In this document: piece by piece, positions 42,382 through 53,460 of the stretch
Layout of the letters: each line of letters opens with the position of its first letter
Numbering within the stretch: position 1 is the stretch's first letter
Source: Eledone cirrhosa
Lineage: Eukaryota
DNA: 64,000 bases
Direction of reading: 5' to 3'
NCBI GenBank assembly: GCA_964016885.1
Contig: OZ024740.1
Location: forward strand, 399,342,001 to 399,406,000
Translations under genes and position numbers: made by a program
Notes under the pieces: model-generated
The model's database searches: none
Seen by the model: only the letters and a program-made list of their open reading frames with translations
What the model was told of the DNA's origin: nothing

Positions 42382-43658
42382 ATATTTCTGGCTAGAATGA
42401 AAGAAATATAAATGTTTTAGTTAATATCTCCGATAGAATCATATTATAGATTTTTAGATTTTAAGTGAAACAAACTAATGCTTTCAAATATAAATAGTAC
42501 AGTATATAAATATATAAACAAATAAATATAAAACAAAGCTAAATGAAATGACATTCGACAGTGTAAAGATTTTAAAGCATGTATTAATGTATGTATGTGG
42601 GTATGCATGTATGTAGCACCCAACGGTAACAGAAAGAATCAGTCTATGGAAAGTTGTTATGCCCCCACCCAAACTACATGATCACAGCCCCAGAGGATAT
42701 CAAGGGAGATGAGCTGGGCTCGTTACTACGGGTGACCAACTCCACCATGATTGTAGTAAACGTTAGGTGATGTTTCGAGTAGACTTGTCTAGCTGAGTTA
42801 ACCGTGACAGTATGGAGTTCAGCCAGGTACCACTATCAGGTTAGGAAGTTAAGTGAAATATGCTAGATGGTGCTGGTTAAGCAAGTATAGGAGGTTGTCT
42901 GAAGCCTTGTTGTACTGGATTATTATACTATTAGTTATCATTAAAACACATGAATTCATAAATTTAATATTTCTTTATATGCAATTTGTTTAGTTATATC
43001 TTTATATTTTGTTTCCGTTGCTAGAAAATTGGCTCTGTTTTATATTCTTAATACCAATAAACAAGGAAAAACGTAGAAAGACTATCACTAAACATGGTAT
43101 CTAAAGAAGTACTAAATTATGATGTAAATTATGAGAATGTTAAAATAAAATATAATGATTCAAATAATACAATGATGATGAAGGAAACATACCATAGTAA
43201 TTATTGTATCTTAATTTTTTCCAACCGTGGATGACCCACGGAACAAGTTAAGGTTAATTATCATCACTGATGTCAAATTCTAATGAGTTTGTGTGCATGT
43301 TCATGATATGTCATTTTTTAAATGTCAGAATCAAAGCTGCTAGCCTATCCCAGCACTGATACATAATTCATGTTCTATTTGACTATAATTATTACAACAT
43401 TGTATTATTGAAATTATTAAACTAGTATACTATTATATACACACTATAGAGAGAAAGAGAGAGAGATGAGAGAGAGTGAGAAAGAATTCATTCCACAACA
43501 ATTACCAAACCATACAACAAGTGTTTCACCTAAATAGGATTTTCAACTCACATCTTTCCAAGTATTCTGTAATTGTGGAATTAACTCTACACCGAACTCC
43601 TCCTTTGGACTGAGTGCTCTATCAATTTTGGAGATAAACTTTCTGATTTTTCACTACG

Positions 43659-43776
<118 letters not shown>

Positions 43777-44917
43777 ATGGAGAGAGAGAGAGAGAGAAAG
43801 AGAGAGAAATGAGAGAGAGAGAGAGACAGAGAGAGTAGTTTAGTTATTGCAAAACATTGTGAGATTTGTAGTAAAAATCCGATAGTTTTTTACTTAAAGC
43901 CGAGGAGAACAAAACAAAGTAATGTTTTACCCAGTATATTTTACCATGATATTTCAGGGGTAATATCCTCCTTGTAGATGCGATGCCGTCAGTTTTCTAC
44001 CCTAAGAATACGTGGGGTCACTACACTTACCATTCGGCCTCATGCATTGATGCCATAGACTAATTAACAAAATTACAATGAAACTCTGTTTCTCAATCAC
44101 AACTAATATAGCTGTACAATTGGCTTTTAGTCTCAATAGGACATTAAAAAAAACAACACCAAATCATTAAAAAGGAATAATAAGACACAGCTATTGAATA
44201 CACACAACCAAAATATACCCCTATGTTCTCTTTAGGCAAGTTGGTGAAGTATTTATATGTTTTTCCCATCTTGACGTTTTCATCGGTATTCACGTATCAT
44301 TTCTCCTATTCTACGGGCTGTTGCACCTATGTTGTATTTTTATTCCTACACTGTCCCTCAGTACATCGTATGCTATATACTACGTTTCTAGTTTTGCAGT
44401 TAGTTTGTGGGCTTAACTTGCAGACTATGCATTTCCTATCAGTGCAGGGGGTTCTTTGAAATAGAACATAAGGGCACGTTAGAGAACGTAGTGATAAATT
44501 TATTTTCACACACAGAAAAGGCGCAAGGCTCAGACAACTTACTGAGGCGAGAAACATAAACGAACTCCAACCAAAATGAAACAGAAAATATGAGTGGAAT
44601 AGCAACATAGAAAATTAAGGACAAAATAAAAACATTCAGAGATACACAAAAACCAAACTAATAAAACAAACCAGACACACACAGATAGAACAAACAATTA
44701 GTGACAATTCTTAAAAAAAAAGAAGAGTTTTATAATATATATAAAATATATAAACTATAACAGGTTTCGATGTATCAGTCTCAGCCATCTTATCAAATGT
44801 TGAATATTACAATTAAAAGGAATTAAAACTTAAAATTGTAAAATTAAGTGTTGAAGAGGACTGTACATCTTTCTTGTTGAGAAAACTCAGTCTAAAATGG
44901 AATCTTATATGTATGCA

Positions 44918-44961
<44 letters not shown>

Positions 44962-45253
44962 TGAAAAAAAAGAGAATCAATGTTGCGACGAATAGAATTT
45001 ATTGGACATATTACAATCGTTTCTCTGGCGACCAGCTTGAGGCACGATCGATGTGATGATCGAACCTGACTCTGAAAATCGGAAGGTCCTCAGATACGTC
45101 TTGATTCTACGGCCTACCGCATACGGACGCTTTAAGCATCCAACACCAATTATATATATATATATACGTAGGTCCCGGGTTGAGTCGGGGATAACCACAG
45201 TAAGTAAGGTACTCAATACATGGCAGAGTAAACATTTTTTATTTTATAGAAGG

Positions 45254-45304
45254 AGCTTCTACAGGACTAGCACTGTTTCATTCAGATGAAATCTTCAGGA
45301 AGCT
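45254..45304 (-). ncRNA. Type I hammerhead ribozyme
   Basis: AGCTTC-CTGAAGA-TTTCAtcTGAAT-GAAA-CAG(tgctagtc)CTG-TA-GAAGCT; 6-bp stem I, 4-bp stem III, GUA site at 45260. Confidence 0.8.
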
Positions 45305-45847
45305 GGGTGTCAAATTAAGTTCTGGTATTTATACATTTAGGTAGTGGTAAGAGGTTGGGGGTTGGGGGGGGGGGGGGGGGGGGGTATTTAGATACACAGG
45401 ACCACTTCATGGCACAGGCCGTTTTTTCTTTGGGTGTGGTCAGAGATGCCAGAGTGCTTTTTTGAAATAAATATATAAGTAAATAAATAAAAAAGTAAAT
45501 AAATAAATAAATAAATGAATAAATAGATAAAGGAATAAATAAATAAAATAAAAATATATAAAAAAATAAATAAAAAAATAAATAAAATAAATAAATTCAA
45601 CAAATATATAGTAGGGAAATTTAGGTGGGTTGGTAATAGAAATTAAACATTTAACAAGACCGAATCATGGCACAGACTGGGGTGAGTGGTCACGTTAACA
45701 TACAAGCCACAGGTGGCCAGAGTGTTTTTGTAGGATGGAAGGAATAAATAAAATATATTTACATACTCACAACCACATACAAAAATACTTACACACACAT
45801 ATATATATACACACACATATTTAAACACTTACACACACATATATACC

Positions 45848-45915
<68 letters not shown>

Positions 45916-46052
45916 GGTATATATGTGTGTGTAAGTGTTTAAATATGTGTGTGTATATATATATGTGTGTGTAAGTATTTTTGTATGTGGTTGTGAGTAT
46001 GTAAATATATTTTATATATATATGCGTGTGTGCGTGTGCACACCTACACATT

Positions 46053-46132
<80 letters not shown>

Positions 46133-47133
46133 TATATATGTGTGTGTGCGTATACACATACACACACACACATACATACACACACATATATATACATATA
46201 TACACAAGAAAAACACAAACACACAAAAATACACACACACACGCATACACATACACACACATATATATATATATATGTATATACACACCTACATGTACGT
46301 ATGTCTCTTTCGTGTAAACTATACTATACATACACATACATACATGTGCACACACCTACATACAAACACATACATACACACACACACACAAACACATACC
46401 TTCACACATATATATACATACATACACATACATACAAATAAGTACACATAAACGCATATGCACAAACACGCACTCGTTCGCACTCATACATGTGTCTATA
46501 GTATAAAGGTAGTAGGACAAATTATAATTTTAAATTTCAAATTTTAAAATTTTAAAATTTTAAATTTTAAATTCTAAACTGGGCCTGATAGAGGATAAAA
46601 TAATTAATGTCACTATTAATATTATCATCAAGTAATTAATTACTATTTATTATTTATTACTTACTATTTACCATTCACTATTCGTTACCTATCTTTTATC
46701 CCTTATCTATTCATTACCTAGTCATTCACTCATAAATGAATAAATAAATGAATGAGTTAACTAACAAACAAACAAACAAACAAACAGATAAACAAATAAA
46801 CCAGTAAATAAGTAAATAAATAAACAAATAAATAGACAAATAAATGGATAAATAAATAAATAAATAAGTAAATAAAGTAACTAAATAAATGAATAAATAA
46901 ATAAATAAATATACAGTTAAATAGTTAAATAAATCATGAACGTGTGCGTGCAGCAGTTCATAACTGCACGTATGCAAACATGAGCAGGTATATACGTGAA
47001 TTTGTGTGTGCGGCCACGGAACTTTACTCAGAGGCATACAACACAAAGTATAAGACCTGGAGGGGAGGAAAGAGGGTAATAATGAGAGATGGAGGGACGG
47101 AAATGGGGCGGGGGGTGGTATGAGGGGGGGGGG

Positions 47134-48558
47134 TCAGTCGGCGGGCCGGGGGGGTCTGTAGTTTTTGTAATTTGCATAGTTCTTGTGCATGCAATTAGGG
47201 GAGTGTTCCGAGATCTTGTTGAGGAGAGGGCCTTTGGCGAATAGAATCTCATAGCTCTCGGAGATACAGAGGTCACACCAATTATGGCCTCCCGTGTATG
47301 ATCGCGCTCTCTGGAGTAGTCTCCATTGGGTCTTGAAGGGGATGGAGTTCCTTTTTAGGTGCCAGATGTGGGCGGCGAGTGTAGTTTGGTTAGATTTGTC
47401 TGGGCGCCGGAACGAATGTGTGTGCGCGTACCAGCGAGTCTTAAAACTATTAGAAGTCATCCCGATGTACGAGTTTCTTTTTTCATCGGGGCCTGAGAGT
47501 ACATCGCATATATACACGAGATCTTTTTTTAGACAGTTGTTGTTGAGAGGGCAGGTCGTCTTATCAGGGCAATTGCAGTTGCTATCGGTTGCTGGATGGG
47601 CTTCGGAAAAAGTAGACTTATTTAGCTTCTTGATGTTGTTGTTGGCTAAGTTTCTAGCTAGATTAGGTGTGGTAGAGTAAGAGAGTCTAATGGTATTCTT
47701 ATTAAGGATAGTATAGTACCTATGTTGGGTGGGGAAGTGTTTTTGTAAGAGAGTGAAGAAAATTTTAGCTACAGGTGTTGAAACTTCTCGGTTGAAGGGG
47801 GGGGGGTTGTACCAGCTAATGTGCCTTCGCCTATTCTTCCTGGGTGGGCGTGGGGCTATAGTAAGGTAGGTGATCTTATCTCTAAAGCCGCTGCGGGCCA
47901 GGGCCTCGTTGTAATAGGGGGCTGCTGCTCTAAAGATATCTTCATTGGCGGCGAGGCTAGATATCCTAATGGAGACACTTTTTACTAGGTTGTCTAATAT
48001 ATTTTTGGGGTGGTTAGAGTTAACATCTATATATCTAAGGGATTCATTAGGTTTGTGGTACGGGTAGTAAAGGGAAGTTTCTAAGTCGAGGGTAACGTCT
48101 AAGAAGTTAGCTTTAGTTAAGTTCGAATCTAAGGTAATCCTAAGGCCTAAGTTTCTAAAGAAGGTGTAAAGGTTTTTCCTAAACCCATCCGTGGTCCTGG
48201 GGTTGATTTTGTGGTGGGCAAAGAGGCCGTCATCTCGGTAGAGACCACCGGAGAGGCCTGTGAAGAGGGTCTTCAACCTGTGGAAGATGAACAGACCCAC
48301 AAGGTCACTAATTTCAGCTGAGTCGCTCGCACCCATGCTAACATCGAAGGGGGTCTCAGATTTTTTGTTGATCCAGTGGGATCTGTCATGGTAAAGAAAA
48401 GTCTTACGTGCATGGAGGATCACTTCCTGCTCGGCTTCGGTAATAGTGGTTAAGTTCCTGGCGAAGTTAATCGCGTCAATCAGCAGGCTCTCTGATATGG
48501 AGGCGTAGTAACCCTCGATGTCTAGCTGCAGGAAGCGGGTGTTGCTTTTGTCGGGCAA
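47134..48558 (-). CDS. PLE RT + GIY-YIG endonuclease, 5'-truncated
   Basis: LDIEGYYASI, MGASDSAE, YRDD, CNC...CPL..NC, LVY...YIGMT...R...H; same clade as 5792-7261 but a distinct family. Confidence 0.92.
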   Translation of the reverse strand: MPDKSNTRFLQLDIEGYYASISESLLIDAINFARNLTTITEAEQEVILHARKTFLYHDRSHWINKKSETPFDVSMGASDSAEISDLVGLFIFHRLKTLFTGLSGGLYRDDGLFAHHKINPRTTDGFRKNLYTFFRNLGLRITLDSNLTKANFLDVTLDLETSLYYPYHKPNESLRYIDVNSNHPKNILDNLVKSVSIRISSLAANEDIFRAAAPYYNEALARSGFRDKITYLTIAPRPPRKNRRRHISWYNPPPFNREVSTPVAKIFFTLLQKHFPTQHRYYTILNKNTIRLSYSTTPNLARNLANNNIKKLNKSTFSEAHPATDSNCNCPDKTTCPLNNNCLKKDLVYICDVLSGPDEKRNSYIGMTSNSFKTRWYAHTHSFRRPDKSNQTTLAAHIWHLKRNSIPFKTQWRLLQRARSYTGGHNWCDLCISESYEILFAKGPLLNKISEHSPNCMHKNYANYKNYRPPRPAD

Positions 48559-48569
48559 GTCCCGGAACC

Positions 48570-48645
<76 letters not shown>

Positions 48646-48654
48646 CATATATAT

Positions 48655-49870
48655 GTCTCTCTTTCTGTTAATTTCGAGTATATTTTCGACCGGCCGCCTT
48701 CCCGGTGGCAAGGTTGTAAAAGAAAAGAAATTGTCATCCCGCGAATCGCAAGAATGTTTTGCAAACTTTGAAGGTGCCAGCTATCGCAGCCATTTGTAGA
48801 CTATGAATTAGGGAGCTGCGCTTTTTGTCCGCAAATCCAAGTTCGGTCATACTTTGGTCCAAGCGGGTTGGTATATAACCCGTAGCACCAATAATGATGG
48901 GTATGAAGCTAAAGGTGTATCTTGGATACTGGATTTGTAAACTCCTCATCAATGGTCCACAGATGTCCTCTTTCTCCTGTTTACTTTGGTGGCAGTTTTT
49001 ATTTTCAGGTTCCACCAGTATTCTTTAGTACCATCTGTCTCAATATATTCTTCCTCGTTTGTTTTTAATTTTGTTTTCCAAAGTGTGTTCCAGATGGTTC
49101 TAGCTATCCCATCGTGTCTCATGGGGAGGTAGTAGCGAGATGACATTCTTTCGCCGTTGGCAACAATGTGGCTTACATCTTCGATCTTCGTTTTACATAG
49201 CCTACATTTATTGTCAGCTGATGGCCCTCCTCTTTTGTGCAGCAGATATTTGGTAGGGAGTTCTTGCTCTTGTATTGCATAGAGGTATCCCTCAAGGTGT
49301 GATGTCATAAACTTGTCGGAACTCCATGCCAGGCTTTTTGAGTGGTTTATCCCCTCTATGGTCTGTGTTTTATGTCTCAAGTATCCATGCATAACTTTTT
49401 CTGTAAATTGGTCAATTTTTTCTTCTTGTTTGAACATTGAATACGATCTTCCGATTTCTCTGGAGGAGAGATTTATATCAGGCTTTATTCCATATCTCTC
49501 CTCCAGATCAGTGGCTATCCTAATGATATTCTTTTCTTCATGCTCATAAATCTGGCCAACCTTTTTCCTCTGTTGAAGATGTTGCTTCAGTGTTACTATC
49601 CGGGTCTCATATGATGTTAATATGGATTTTAGACCCCGGCCACCTTCCTTGCGTGAGAAGTATAGCCTATCCACATCACCATTGATGTTAAAGTTCCCAG
49701 TAACACTGAGAAGTTTGCGAGTTCTAACATCCATGTCACTTAGTTCTTGCAATGACCAGTTCAGCAGGCCAAATGTTGGCGTTAGAATTGGCACAGCATA
49801 AGTATTGTGGGAAATGTATTTGTTGTACGCTGACAGTTCTGATGACCATATTTTCTTTACTCTTCTGAGG
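48655..49870 (-). mobile_element. R4/Dong-like non-LTR retrotransposon, 3' fragment
   Basis: W...EL..MD..TRK.L...RLY..RKEGGRGL, CRLC....E...HI knuckle and RHD motif. About 100 bp containing the PD..E nuclease core is deleted near 48980. Confidence 0.85.
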
Positions 49871-51508
49871 TATGTATGTATGTATGTTTATATGTATGTA
49901 TGTATGTATGTATGGTATACCTTGATGGTATCCAATGATGTTGACTTGTTCTCCTTTTTGGTAAATACCATCTTGGTTGAGAGAGTGGGACTGGCTTTGT
50001 GCAGTGCCTTTGCTCACTATAAAAGCTTCACGGCACAGGCATTGTGTAGTGACCTACACTCCCTGTGCGTGATTTGGCTCAGCTCAGCTAATCAGCGCCA
50101 GTAGAAGAGGATGTATCCCTACGCGCCCTGAGGGAGAAAATCCCCGCGAAGATTTGAAGAATCTCTCTCTCGCACCCGGAACTTCGAACCAGCAACACGT
50201 ACAACATGTGACGGTGAGATTTTGCACTTTGGCCTGCCGGCTTTCCGGCACATTCCCTTTTGTAACCTCATTTTATGTGTAACTTCAACCATACAAGTTA
50301 ACAAACATTATTTGTGCTACAACAAAAATAAACATACATTTCATCTCTAATTTCTGCTGTTGACATCATTATTATGTTACTCGTGTCTCAATAACATTTA
50401 TACACCATGCTGAAATAAAATTAAAATTGGCAGTGTATGTATAAAAAAAAAAAAAAAAATTTACGCCACGAGGAAATTTCAAAATGGCTACCACCAAGTA
50501 CCAGCCATCAGCAGCAACACATGGCTAACTATTAACCAACACCAGGGAATGGCTTGTAACTTTACCGACGCAACCACCATACCTTCTGTCTCGTTACCAC
50601 AAGGACTCGAGAAATTAAGACATTAGTCTTCTCACCACTATGGCGTCAGACGTGGCTGTCATATTGGTGACTCTAGGTTCTTCAACGCTCGACTTCGACT
50701 CTACAGAAGATTCATTGTGACTTTGCTTTAACAACAACAACAACAACTCTACTAGCTCCCTAGTAAGAGCGATCCCAAAGAAATTTCAAAGAAAAGAAAA
50801 ACGAACTTTTTGTTAAAAGAAAAGAAACAAATCTTTCTTTCTTCCTTTTTTTTTCAGGCATTTATTTTGGACATTTATTTTTTTAAAAACTGTATTATAT
50901 GGAAATTCATTTTTTTTCTATCATTGTATATATGACTGCATCATTTTCTTTATCAAAAATATAGACCATGTTTATGTTTATTCAAAAATATAGACCAACA
51001 TTAAATAAGGTTTAATATACATTATGTCAACACCACAATATGACATACACACACACACATAACACCTACTTTAGAAAATAAAAACCCGAACTAAATAAAC
51101 CTTAAACATACGTTTGCACTGGCAATACAACAGCAAACACGAAAAAGTCAGGAAAATATGTTCATTCAAAAATATTCCTACTAAAGGAATCATTTTCCTA
51201 CACACACACATACACACACACAATATATATATATATATATATATATATTCTCTTCATCTTAACATGCTAACCATACTCCCACACACATAACACCCATACA
51301 CACACATAAAAACCCCCACACCTACAACACCCTCCCCATTTCTACTAATAGAACCACTTTCCTACACACATATATATATACACACACACAAAAAATATAT
51401 ATTCTCTCTATCTAACATACTCGCACACACACACATAACACCCATATACACACACACACAACTCCCTCCCCCATCTCTACTAATAGAATCATCTTCCAAT
51501 ACACACAT

Positions 51509-51545
<37 letters not shown>

Positions 51546-52055
51546 AGCACACAAATAAACACATATCTTCAGTCTCAATAGAAAATCTGAACTCTGACAC
51601 CTGAACTCTGACAGCTGGCCATATTCACTGAACCAGAACATTTCTCCCAATCCCTTTTCCCTTGACCACTATCTCTCCATCGTCATAACATTCACTATAG
51701 ACTACAGAATAGTTTTCCAAATAAGGGCGCAAAAATGTAATGAAAACTTGTTCACGTGACAGCCAAATTTCATTTATAACCAACCAAAAAAAAAGCCTTC
51801 GTGAGCCTCATTTTTTCAAGTAAAAAAAAATTCAAACACTCATATATGAAAAAACAATCTGTGACAACCCCCCCCTCTCTTATTTGAAGAACTATTGTAA
51901 CGCGAACTGGCGCGAAATTTATTATAATTATTGACAAACCAATCAAATTACTTCTCGAAAAACCTGGTTTTCGAGCCAGTTTTTCCATATAAAACAAGTA
52001 ACATTTAGAGACCAACCAGATGTGAGAAAAACCACAGACCCTCCATCTCAACTCA

Positions 52056-52093
52056 CCTTTTGAAAAGCAGAAGAACTGCGAAACCGGTAAAGG
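52056..52093 (+). ncRNA. Minimal type I hammerhead, U3-A8 variant, 5' pLTR
   Basis: CCTT-TTGAAAA-GCAG(aagaa)CTGC-GAAA-CCGG-TA-AAGG; predicted cleavage after 52089. Confidence 0.82.
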
Positions 52094-52257
52094 AACCAAA
52101 TAAATATATATATTTTTAAAAAAATAAGACTTCAGTTGCATTTTCGATTTCATCCCTTTTTCTTTATACTTCCACTCGTGTAGGACACCTCGGTTATTTT
52201 TCATTTTGTAAAAAAAACCTCACTTTCTAATATATACCCACCACACGAAGACCGAAA

Positions 52258-53460
52258 ATGCCACCAAAGTCTCAACAAAACAACAACTCACTGAACCAGG
52301 ACATCTTAAATGAACTCAAAGAGATTTCCTCTAAACTCTCAATTTTGACCAACAAAGTGGACCAAATACACATCTATAAAAAAGGACCCCACGAAGAAAC
52401 AGAAAATACCCAAGAGACGAATATTACTCCAGTATTAACTAAGCTAATCGAAACCATTGAAACAACAATGCTCCAAAAGCTTGAACAACCGTTAGAACCC
52501 AATCTACGAGATGTCCACTCAGTGAAAAACACCCTAATCAACATATGGACTCAAAAGCTCACAGCCCGCAAATTCGCCCTTTGGAATCTCCTAAAAAATA
52601 ATGGCAAGGCAGACATATATGAAAAGTGGCTAAACTCTACCCCAATCATCCTCCCCAAAAAACTCCAAATAAAACCCATCCCGAATGAACCAGAAAACCA
52701 ACAAAGACTTAGGGAAAAGATGGCATTGGAAAAATTTAAAACAGAAATAGAACTGTTGCGATTAAGAGCCAACTCCAACGAAGAAAAATTCAAGTCACTC
52801 GACCAACAGATGGACACAGAAATCTCAAAGCACTCTGAAGGCCTACTCTACAAAAAAACCCTAAAACTTTGGAAAGAAAACTGTGAGGATGAAGAACTCA
52901 CATCCCTCCAGCGATGGGAAAAAAACGCCACCTGGTTCAACAACTACGAAATGGACTTCAAAAATGAACAACATACAGGTAACCCATTTTTAAAACAAAC
53001 TAAAACTCACACACCACATGCACAACAAATAACAAAAAAAGTAACAAAACGTCCAACATACCCCCAGCAAAACTATAACGATAATCCCAGAAACCATAGA
53101 CAAAACTATAACCCTACTAACAAAAACCAAAGATCCCCGAACACAAGGCAGGACCTGATCCGCAGATCACAACCCACACAAAACCTATTCCAAAACCGTA
53201 GACCCCTGCCCACACAGAGCCTGTTCCAAAACCATAGATCCCAACCCACACAAAGGAACCAAATCTACAACCCGGACTATCAACAAACCGAACCTCAATA
53301 CGTCCGAAACTTCTATACAAGACCACACAACAACAGGGGAAATACCATTAGATATAATAATACCAATGAAAAAACATTCCAGAAAAATCATTTTTTAGAC
53401 CAAGGCTACAGGACTCACGACACCCGGTGGCACAAACCGATTTTGAAAAACCGAAAATAA
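52258..53460 (+). CDS. PLE ORF1: coiled-coil protein with N/Q/R/P-rich tail
   Basis: 400-aa ATG-initiated ORF inside the pLTRs; heptad-like segments (ILNELKEISSKLSILTNKVDQI); low-complexity C-terminus. Confidence 0.85.
   Translation: MPPKSQQNNNSLNQDILNELKEISSKLSILTNKVDQIHIYKKGPHEETENTQETNITPVLTKLIETIETTMLQKLEQPLEPNLRDVHSVKNTLINIWTQKLTARKFALWNLLKNNGKADIYEKWLNSTPIILPKKLQIKPIPNEPENQQRLREKMALEKFKTEIELLRLRANSNEEKFKSLDQQMDTEISKHSEGLLYKKTLKLWKENCEDEELTSLQRWEKNATWFNNYEMDFKNEQHTGNPFLKQTKTHTPHAQQITKKVTKRPTYPQQNYNDNPRNHRQNYNPTNKNQRSPNTRQDLIRRSQPTQNLFQNRRPLPTQSLFQNHRSQPTQRNQIYNPDYQQTEPQYVRNFYTRPHNNRGNTIRYNNTNEKTFQKNHFLDQGYRTHDTRWHKPILKNRK
53391..53431 (+). promoter_or_regulatory. Candidate -1 programmed ribosomal frameshift signal
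   Basis: T TTT TTA at 53391-53397 in ORF1 phase; 7-nt spacer; then a possible hairpin GCTAC-A-GG...CC-G-GTGGC. The -1 frame is ORF2. Confidence 0.75.

Larger units (their letters stand above)
45167..48572 (-). mobile_element. 5'-truncated PLE (Nematis-like) with a long microsatellite-rich 3' region
   Basis: ORF 47134-48558; hammerhead near 45280; (TA)n at both ends. The 3' extent is inferred, and there is an internal fold-back at about 45750-46020. Confidence 0.75.

Noticed and set aside
53427-53429. GTG start for ORF2 given by the ORF track
   Set aside because: An internal non-AUG start overlapping ORF1 is unlikely in a eukaryote; the frame is already open from 53370 through the slippery site.
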